Below, one piece after another: positions 53,401 to 64,000 of a stretch of DNA of 64,000 bases; within the stretch, counting starts at the first letter, position 1; every line of letters starts with the position of its first letter. The notes under the pieces are model-generated. The model saw nothing but the letters and a program-made list of their open reading frames with translations. It searched no databases and was not told where the DNA came from. Position numbers and translations under genes: made by a program. Origin of the DNA: Bispira polyomma (taxonomy: Eukaryota). The DNA lies in contig OZ287752.1 of NCBI GenBank assembly GCA_965649765.1, positions 54,560,001 through 54,624,000 on the forward strand, written 5' to 3'.

Positions 53401-56400
53401 GTGGGTCAATTAACTTCAGATCACCTGCCCTATCTTTAAAGCCGCCATGCATATGTAGTAATGAAAAAGGTGCTTTCTGTTCATTCTGTTTTTTTAAATA
53501 AATGCACATGTAAAAATGAATCACACAATAAATTGAAATTGCAAGGCACAGCAATCAACAACAAAAAGTAAATATTAAGTCAACCACAGACATAGGAAGT
53601 TTATTTGGCACCTGCTAGTCTCTGATTTGCTTTTTATTTCTGGTTACCAGTCACGTGATTAGTAAATAGAATAGTATTTGTGAAGGTCAAACATACGAAG
53701 AAAAAAAAGGTCTAGCAGAAATGAAAGAGAAAAGTATCTATTTAACCCAAATATTGATAATATTTATTTGTGCTTAAGAACATATTTATTTTCTGAATTT
53801 CTCTCCCAGGTCACCATTCATATTTCTCTTTCTATAAAACGTAAACCTGAGTAGACTTTGATTTATTTGTCCTACAAAGTTCTGTATACAAGTCCAGATT
53901 ACTCCATCAAGTGTTTGACAACCACATACACACAACCACTGTAGGTCCCTAGCACTTCCTTGCACTCATTTGTCTTCACAAACTGGTGAGATCTGACCAT
54001 GGACAACATTCCTCAGTCGTCGAGTGGATTATTTACGCAACTTTTATCTGAGCTCTCTAACTTCTGAGCACTTTACCAGTTACTAGCTACTAAAAAACTA
54101 CTATATATCGAATCTACAGTTTTATTTTATATCAATCAATCTCTTTCTGGTACAATTCTGTAACAGAGTAGTATGCAAAAACAGCTTTACAATTTCTATA
54201 TTTCTATCTTAACATCACACATTTGGTAATATTAGTTTTCAATTTTTATAAACACGTATTTCATGTTTTACATTTATGAGCATTTGACGATAATGATATT
54301 TTAGAACATACATTCAAAAGGTAAAAGTGTATTTTACATGCACAAGCAAAATTCAAACAAAAATATAATATTTAATGGCCAAAAATGTTGATCAAAAGTG
54401 TTTTCGTGGTACTATTAAGTTCTAAATCTATTTTAAACATCACTAATATTTGCCACAAAAAAACATAGATTTGAAAGAACACTGAAGATAAACATGTACT
54501 TTAACAAACATAAATATTTCATGTGTATTAATTAAATATTAGTCAAATATATATATTTTTTAAAATTTTGAAGCTAAGTAAAGGAAAACAGAGTCCAGAT
54601 TTGATAAAATTGCCCTACTTTTTGACTGATGAACTTGCTTATCAGTTATTACTCATTCAATATCACCTAACATTTCACAACACACACAAGACCCCCCTTT
54701 CAGTACACAACCGTGAGAGCCACTTAGTAATTCCACCCACCAAGTGAACTGACATTTAATTACCATATAACTTCATAATATTTGGTAGAGAAGCTGAGGT
54801 TTTGAATGACAGCTGTAATGAAAGCATTGAGCTAGGCTTTCACCATTATACAAAAGCTTGAGAAACCTATTTGTCCCAGGTTTATATAGGTTTACATCAA
54901 CATCATGCTTCTTGTTCATCAACTTTCAGCAAAATATGCAATCTTTTGGCATTTCCTGTTACATTGCCAAAAAACACCTTCTCTTTCAAAAATATGGAAG
55001 TTACAAAGTCAAAATACAAACATACGCAAAGCTTTACCCAAACATACATTGCTGCATATCAAACGTATAGTGGTTTTTAGCAAATGATGAATGATTAAAT
55101 TTTGCACAAAATGTGTATGACCAAAGCTTCCGATATTTGTTAGGGTGTTCTCTACTTGAAAATAGAGTGGCGTTATCCGGTTCCCAAACCTCACCTACTT
55201 AGATTACATCCTTATTGTACAGTTATACTTATACATATATAGTTGTGTCTAAAATGCCATTAATTCTAAGATCCTTTTTAAGATTATTGGAAAATAGTAG
55301 ACACATATTTCAATCGGAAAGTGCCAGGTTTAATTTAATTATTGTAAGACTACTTGGGGTTTATACAAATTCATTACGGAACATAACACCATAGCAATAT
55401 TTTATATGTTTACATATATCATAGACATACGCACAAATATACCATATAATATAGACAATGTGTCGAAAAACATGGATGGTTACTACTGATTGTTCAACAT
55501 GTTTGGTGCTTTTAAAAAAAACTGTATGTTTTAAAACGTTATCACCATGTGAGTCATAAATCTTCAATATAACCTTACTATTAGTCTTGCTGAACAACAA
55601 AAGATTGTTTCAAACATTATAGCTTTGTTTTACTATATTTCAGAGTTATAATTCATACCACAAGACTCAGTTACTGCTATGGTAGTCATGATGATAATAC
55701 TGACATACAAGTTAAGAGAAGTAAGTCAACTATAACACCTTAGGTAAATGTAAACTATATCTACTAAAACACTTGTCGTCCAGCACAGAATGAATGACAA
55801 CAATAACTATTTATAATATGTCTGTGAAGTTCACTGGTATCTGTACATTATCTGAGATCTTGACATATAAAAACCATTCTTATTTCTGTAGACAAGTTTC
55901 ATTTTTCACATTAGACCAAATGTGCCGCTACATGTATTATTTACAATTATGCTTGTTGCCTACTTCTAGTTAAATCTGTATAGAATCATTGCAGTCCACG
56001 TGCACCGCCCTCCAAAATGGACGCTATTCGCCCCCCCCTCCCCCCAAATGACCTACTTATAAAACAGCCCATTGGTTGAAAATATCCCCTGCCTCCCGTT
56101 CTTTTAGATGAATGATTTCATAGTCCTGTCCCTCCAGCATGGCCGCCATTTGTTTATTTCCCCTACTTATATAACAGCCCATAGGTTGAAAATATCGTCT
56201 GCCTCCTTTTTTCCAGGCCGGCAGCTTTCTCAGTCTCTTCCTGTTCCCTATGGACCACTATCTCCACACTTTCTCTGGGTGACAGGTACCTGAGATTGAC
56301 CACATCTACTGGACAGTTCAGACTGTCTAGCCTGGCATGTAAACTAGCCTTTCTGGTCTCGGGATTGGGTTGTTTCAAATCCATTCTGCACTTTTTGTTG

Positions 56401-56760
56401 TACATATTACTATCACCTTTAAGAAGAGATAAAACAGCTTTTTCTGTTAACAATATTGTTATAAATTCACAACCACACTGAACAAATATTTTTATACTAT
56501 ACACTTGCAACAGTATTTTGCACAAGTTAAATTTTCTTGTAGTTTAATTATATTTTTACGAACAATCCCTGAAACGTTTGTTCTCTAGCATTAAACAAAT
56601 GTTGTTTTTTTTTATCACAATTGTTTGTTTAAATAGCTATCTATCTAACTTCTATTTAGTTTATTCTTAAATAAGCTACCTTAGCATAATTTTTACTTTT
56701 CCTGGTTGAGCATTGCAAACTTGGACAGATTCCCTATAGTGAATATGGGAGTACTATTTA

Positions 56761-56765
<5 letters not shown>

Positions 56766-56796
<31 letters not shown>
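56766..56796. repeat. (TA)15 microsatellite
   Basis: Direct read. Confidence 0.95.
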
Positions 56797-56798
<2 letters not shown>

Positions 56799-57209
56799 GG
56801 TATTCTTCTCGCTGGGGTCATCCGGGTGGTTAGATAGGCTAGGCTAATATTCTCAAAAAAAATTGTGAGGCAGAGGAAATTCACATTCGATACAAAAGCC
56901 AAGGTGACACTTACGTCTAGCAATAAGTAATTCAGTAAAGTGGTATGTTCGCTTAACCATGATCAACATTACAACCTTACTGAAAAATAATGGGCGTTAT
57001 AATCCTCTTGGTGAGCATTCTGAATATCTATTTTTTTTTTTCAAAATGACTGTCAAGTTGTAGAAATTGGTTTAGTGTTGGTATTAATAGAAACATCATT
57101 TCATTAAAAAAAGGGATTATAATTCACACAAATTAAGGCAATTTTTGATACTAAATAAATAATAATTGTAATGATAGTTGTCACCTGATATAGTTATGAA
57201 CAACACTGT

Positions 57210-57475
57210 TATTTAATGTGCTATGACATTATTACCCCACCCTGGGTTCTTCTACTTGTCAAATAATAGTTCACTCTCAGCTCCCTTAGGGAGAATACTG
57301 GCCATGCCGCCACACATACAGAGCACAAACACCACTTTAGTGGCCAGGTACCCATTTATACACGTGGATAGAGAGGGACAACTTCGTGCATATTCCAAGG
57401 ATAACCAGGCCAGCAGCGAGCATCGAATCTCGACCTTCACATCCAAAGTACACTCTAACCAATAGGCCACAGAGT
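57210..57475 (-). mobile_element. CORE-like SINE, unit 3
   Basis: Paralog of 11347-11612. Confidence 0.7.
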
Positions 57476-57479
57476 GGTT

Positions 57480-58063
57480 ATAATAATAATAACAGTAAAT
57501 ATATTATATAGCGTTCAACTGGTACATAAGAAAAATAAATAAAAAAATTCTGTGTTCTCTGGCGCTTGTCTTCTGAAATAAATGAGCTTTTAGCTGTTTG
57601 CTGAATAGGTTGTGGCTGTCTGTTTTTCTGAGGTAGTCTGGATGAGAGTTCTGTGAGTTTGACCCAAATACAGTAAAACTACAGTCAGCAAGTGTCGGAA
57701 CATCCAATAGATAGTAGTGTTTTTTTTCATCTAACAGGATAGTCGCAGTTTTTTTTTATTGAATTCGATTCTGTTAATATCTCGGTGCTTTCTGGTGAAT
57801 ACATTTATGGACTGTTGTCAAAATTGAAACAAAATTCTGTAGCGAATTGGAAGCTAGTGGAGTGTCTTTAGTGCTCTTGAACTACTAGTGTTATTTGTCT
57901 TATTTTAGCACATGCTTTGCTGCTGCATTTGGCAATTTTTGCATCATTTTAGTCTATTTCTCAGGCAAGGCCATAAAGATATCATTGCAGTAGTCCAGAT
58001 GGAATAGAACAAGGCCATACACTACTTGTTTGCATTCTTTTGCATTTGCATTTAAACAATTTA
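57480..58063 (-). mobile_element. L2/CR1 LINE remnant, unit 3
   Basis: Paralog of 11617-12200. Confidence 0.85.
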
Positions 58064-61000
58064 AGTTGTTAATACAAAAAAATGTGTCAGAGGCACTAAC
58101 AGTGGCATACTTACAATATAAACTATTTTGTGAATATCAATTAATGCTGCACACACTAATAGTGATATTCCATTAATTCCCATTGAACGAAAATATCCGG
58201 CAAAACATCACCCCCATCTTGTATATAAGGATTATCAATTGGGCCAAGAAGAACCATCCATCATTAGATTAGAGTCTTTATCAACGAAAAGCAGGATTTT
58301 TTGTCTCCTTTTTTGTTTTGTTTTATTACACCCCACAGCAGCTGCAAAACGTTATACACCCCACGATGACTCTCTGAAGAGACAAGGAGAATCAACAAAA
58401 AAATGATTTTATTGTTTCTAAGCAGCATTGAACCCTACCAATACACACAGGTGTTTCCCTTCCACCAATTTATCACACTTCCCCATAGACATCTAGCCTT
58501 CACTAAGGCTCAGAATGTGCCAGAAGGCCACATATAGAGATAGCTATTTTGTATAAGAGACCTAATGGCTTTAACATTCGCTTATGGGTGGTCTCCTATG
58601 GTCTACTGGTTAGGAATTTGGTCTGATGAGCAAAAGGTCCCCAGTTTGACACCTAGTTGGCGGAGTTGGTCTGTTGAACAGGATATACTGCCAAAGTTGC
58701 AATGTCCATTTGGGATAACATTCGCTTGCAAGATATGAACACGTCATTGTTTACTGATGATGTTGACCAAGGCTATGCTGTAGGATTATGCATTCTGTAG
58801 AATCAGCATCATAGAGGGTGATATCTCAATAGGATGTGATATAAATGTTCAATAATACTAAACTAAACATGAACCCAGGGAACCATTTAAAATGATGATC
58901 CTCTGTCACTTGGGTCTCATTCCCAGTGGCAGGCTTATAAGGACCTTGTGGACATTGATTAATGGTGTCATCTTCAAGTTGCAGTCTTCAGGTAGGTTCA
59001 CAACTTTGCAAGAACTAGAATTTAAACGCATCAATTGCAACATTAATTGGCAAAACTCTTTAATTTTGCCAGATATATTACTTTGGGGGTAAATAGACTT
59101 TGACTGAATGGCATTTGAAATAGGTCGTTCTAGTTTGTAAATACAACACACTGTGTATATGTAATTCTGCAGTACAGTCACAGCCAACAACCAAAAGATG
59201 AGGCCATTGCATTATTAGAATAGGGAGCATGGTTGTGACCAAACGAAGATAATGGAACAGTCTGTCTCCCAGTACATAAATACACCTAAACCAATTAATA
59301 ATTTAAATTGACCTACCCACTAAAAATGATGGTACAATAATAGCATACATTGTGTACAGCATTATGGAGTGGATGGCATTTTGGGTTTTCAACATCTTAA
59401 ATGAATGCCAAGCAGCTTCATTGTAATGATGTTAATGGTTCTTGGGGCGCTGCTGACAACCTGTGATGCCTGATAAAAATTATTGGTATTTGTATTCACA
59501 GTTACAGTCCGTGCAGTATCGGTCATTATCTGCCAACCTGACGATTTAGATGAGGTAATAAAAATTTGGCCCAAAGGTCAAACAGGTTTTTTGGTGTAGA
59601 AGCAGTTTTGACCTGTCTGTTATTAATGTTTTAATTCTGTTTGGTTTAGTACTAACATAGATTGATGTATATTCTTTTTCTTACTGTCATTAAATTGGTA
59701 CGCTTGGGTGTACTGGCATTACTGCTTGCTACACCCCTGTAATAAAAGAGATCTCAGTTTTATCAGCCGAACAATATCGATTTTAAGAGCTGATAATGTC
59801 ATTATCAGCTGTGAATGATAAATATGCACAACTAAGGAGCCTGTATTGACATGATAATCTGTTAGTAGCGCCCTGCTTACTGGTATCATAGTATTTATTA
59901 TACACCTACTAATATTGTATATACCATAATGAGTGATAATATTGAAAACCTCAATTTATATATATTAACACAAAATTGTCAAAAAGACATTGTCAAAGTA
60001 TCTTGTACAAGTGTGGGAAAAGCGTAAGGAAATTTGATCTAAACAGTTGTTTCAAGGTTGATTTAGAATTGGTTACATACATGTATAACAAAGGATTTAT
60101 GAGTATATAATATGACCAGTAAAAAATGTATATGTGTTTAAAGTGACATATAAGCCCAAAAATTGTATTTTTTTTTAATTACATGTCACTATAATAAAAA
60201 TATATATCTATCTGCATCACTTAATGCAAATCTAATGCACCTACCAATGCCCTAAGGCCCCAAAAAAATGAAAATAAAATTCTTGGATCTGCCTGGATCA
60301 CCCAACGAAGTGTCATGTTTGCTGTAAACAAACGGTAAAAACAAATCCTTATTGGCTGATGTACTAAAGATATAACACATTCTGTCACCTGGCTTTTAAA
60401 AACAACTTAAAATGACCGACTACACGACACAACAAATATGTATATATAGCCTGCTCCCGACACGACATTACACAGCAATTAAACTTGGAGAAATCTCTTC
60501 AAAACTGCTGTGTTGTTGTTTATATCGTACAGTATCCATATGATGTTTATATATACAGCTGTTGTTAATATGTATTTTATATGGATTATGTAGTGGTGTT
60601 TCATGTAAACAGTACTGTTGTGCCTTGACGTGTCGTCCCCTGTAGTGTAGTACAGTGCCTTGGTTTCTAAACCCCTGTTTCTGCATAGTTGAAAGCGATG
60701 TAAAAAACCAAAATTCTGACTGAGATCTTTTGCTTATCCCTGTGTTTTAGCCCAACGATAGTTCCCATAAGCAATATATTGCGCATACAAATACTGTTCT
60801 TGAAAATTCAATAATCAAATACAGCAGATCTAAAGGCTCATAACTCAGTCAAGGCACCAACGGGACAAGAACATTTGTTGTTTTATGTAATCCTAAGGTA
60901 AAGATCGAAAGAACAGAGACAAAACATCACCTCTTTGTCAGTTTAATATCCAATGTTTTTTAGTCTCTAACAGACTCTAAGAACTGGTATAACTTATGGT

Positions 61001-61422
61001 TTTTATGTAACAGATAATTTCACCTTCTGAACATCAAAGTGCCCTGAGCAAAGTTGCTGTGACTAACCTATCTGTGAACATTTAAAGGAATCGTGATCAG
61101 TAGAAACAGAGAGGAAGTTCTATCATTTATTGAATTACATTAGGCTTTTTTTTTTTTTTGGTGAATGCCAAAATTACAAGTTGTACTGCCTAAAACGCCT
61201 TTGAATCTTTACCTTTTCATCTTTTTTGTGAGAACTGTAAATAATTAGCTTGAACAATAAACCTAAAATAATAAAGTATTAGGTAGCCTTACGTGCACTG
61301 TTTCAACAACAGCACCTCTTATATATTAACTAAGAATATGAAGACCATGAAAGAAAACATATTAGGAAATACTAATATTTATACTAAGTTAAAAGCTACA
61401 CCTATATACACACTGAACAGTA

Positions 61423-61692
61423 GGGCCACCTTTAACAATTTAAGTTCAGTCACTTAAGGTGACTTTAAATTACCTTAGGTTACTAACTTTGTGGTGACCT
61501 TAAACCGAGGTCACCTTAGCACAAGTTAAGGTTTGATTCACTTTGTGTTGAATGTATAAAAGTATGTGGTCATCTGTGGTGACCTTATACTAAATTAAAG
61601 TATTGTTAACTTACCAACTTTTTAGATAAAGTTAACTTTAAATACATGAAGTTAAGTCTAAATATAGATTTACTGCTCTATTGAGGTGGCCC
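61423..61692. mobile_element. MITE, unit 3
   Basis: Paralog of 15560-15829. Confidence 0.7.
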
Positions 61693-63496
61693 TAAATATA
61701 TAACTTTGAGAAATTGTAAAAATATAGATATATGTAAAGAAAAGAAAGAGCCCCCTTATGACCAGATGTGTTAGCTAATGGCTAAAACTTAACTCAAACT
61801 AGCAATAATTCTTCAGTCCATGCTACAGCATCACTTAGCTCACTAGAACCTTACATGACTGCGACAGCCCGTTGTTACATCAATCATCATGGCCAAACTA
61901 TATTATGCAAACATATATTTTTCTCTTGACTGGCTGTAGTAATCCATGTTTGCCTTGCGTGCTTTTGGCTGCTTTGAGTATTATTGGATCACTTGTTGGA
62001 GCCAGGGTGTGTGAAACTACAAACTACCTGTGAAATATAGTTTACAATGTTTAAACAAAACGCCAAATTAGAACGCAATATGCAAAATTGTTACACTTTG
62101 ATTCAAACTAAACCACTCTTTGTCAAATTACACCATCCCCCAAATTGCAACCTATTGTACCAAATTACTTCATATCCTTGTACCATATTATGACACCACT
62201 TACCAAATTAAAATACAATGTGCCAAACTAAAACACATTTAAAATTTGAACGATGATGATAGCTTATGTATCCGTTATGTAGACAGGTGCAGGTCGACAC
62301 CATGGAGACGCTGGGAAGCTGACCCATGGAATGGTGGAAAAGCCTTGCTAAACAGACAGGTATTGGACTTTTGTATGAAACAGGGCAGAGAAGCAGAGTG
62401 ATTCCACACGTTAAGAAGCATCATAAGCAAAAGTATGCTTGAAATGTGTTATTTATTTATGAACTGATGGATTATAAATTTAAAAATTGGACCTAATTTG
62501 CCTGGTATTGTGTAAACGTGTATGAGGAGAAAGGTGTGGGCCAAAAATGCTGCAGTTAGAAACTTGTAAATTAAATGACTGTTTTAAAGATTGAACATTA
62601 TCTGCCAAATTAAAACACTTGTTTACACTGGAACATGGACACACACACTGTTCTATTCTATAATTTTTTTCTGTGAAGGTCATACACCTGCCATATATTG
62701 CCTGATATTCCTGGTGCACTATCATAGTCCAGAGCCAAGGCAATATTTTAAGAAAAAATACTGTAGTACTTCAGGCAAGTATGGTTAAATAAATGTTTGG
62801 TGAAATAAAAACTTCTTTTACTTTACAAAAACGTAAGATATGTGAACTAATTTCAAGAGGAACTGAATTCCAAAGCAGCCATGTTACGTGACAAAATGAA
62901 TTCCACACCTGTTCTAGTCAAACTTGGAGATATTTGACACAGACTAAATGATGATACATATTAGAGTATAATGAGAGGGATATGTCATAGGTTCTTAAGA
63001 GCTCTTCATAATCAAATGTATTTGCTTTTTCCAATAATACCCCCCCCCCCCTCCTGCATTTACTAAGGCGTCTAAGTCACTGTTTTTTCCTGAACCAAAA
63101 TGAAAGTAAATCCCAAAGACAAACAGTAAGCAAGAAAAGCAAAGAATTAGAGTGACACCAAAGAGGGCTTGTAAACTGAAACCCTCCTCACAAAGAGAAG
63201 TTTACTGTAAGACCTTGTATTATTGTCACCCTGAGAAACTGTAACTCTGCACAGTGTAATTGTACTTCTCTTTGGGTAAATGGAAAATAATACTGTAAAA
63301 TTAAAGACTGAGCATGTCTACCTTATGGTAAAGTAAAGAGTGGGCTTCCGATGATATAATAGATGATCATCAAAAGGAAAGCCATTCTTCAATTATCAAT
63401 AGTGTACAGGGCCTTTATTTTTATTTTAATGATTTCTGTTTGAGCAATTTTTTCTTAAATTTCACATTCATGGGGTTCATGGGCTTCATGGTTCAT

Positions 63497-63704
63497 GGTG
63501 GTGGACTAGTGGTTAAATGTGTTAACTTTACAATCACTGGTCTCTCACTAAATTGGGTTCGAATCCTGCTTGTTTCTTTGGGTGGGGAAGTTTGGCAGGT
63601 ACTTGCAAACAGGTCATTGCTTGCTTCAGGTACGATTTCTTCCACCATTAAATCTGGCAGTCATGATATAACCTAAGCGACGTAAAATCAAACTAAATTT
63701 AAAT
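63497..63704 (+). mobile_element. SINE family B, unit 3
   Basis: Paralog of 17641-17848. Confidence 0.75.
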
Positions 63705-64000
63705 ACACACACTTGCCAGTAATTTAACACACTGCACACTTTCTTTTTGTAATTTTAAGGAAACACTAAACTTAATTTTACGATTACCATATATTAATAG
63801 TCTTAATGCAGGGGCATGTGTAGAAGCTTGTGTAGAAGCCAGTACGCAAAAGCATACCAATTTTATGACAGAATGAGCCCCCCCCCACCCCCACCCCACC
63901 CCCAACGAATTTATGTTAGCACAAAAAAAACAAAACATAATATTTTGATACATTAGCAAGCATTGCGCTTCACAATCACTGGTCTCTCACTTCTGGGTGA

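Larger units (their letters stand above)
46276..64000. repeat. ~23 kb tandem unit, copy 3 (cut off by the window end)
   Basis: Colinear with copy 1 up to about 18140. Lacks the 163-bp and 482-bp segments and has a private 239-bp deletion at 56680/56681. Confidence 0.98.

Overview
AT-rich eukaryotic DNA, probably from an invertebrate; the SINE and LINE types suggest a mollusc, which is an inference. The whole window is about 2.8 head-to-tail copies of a ~23 kb unit. The sequence at position 1 recurs at 22973 and 46276 (periods 22,972 and 23,303 bp). The copies are near-identical apart from scattered SNPs and three larger indels (163, 482 and 239 bp). Each unit carries one credible protein-coding ORF: an uninterrupted 199-aa minus-strand ORF with two hydrophobic segments flanking a loop with four cysteines. 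I do not recognise its family. It lies next to a CpG-retaining cluster of CRE-like TGACG sites and has possible downstream spliced exons. The rest of the unit is CpG-poor and filled with old transposon debris: tRNA-derived SINEs, L2/CR1-type LINE 3' ends, Tc1 remnants, a MITE and a possible gypsy protease remnant. The best candidate for a new system is a recently amplified tandem array of an orphan membrane-protein gene. I found no rRNA, intact tRNA, snRNA, CRISPR array or intact autonomous transposon.
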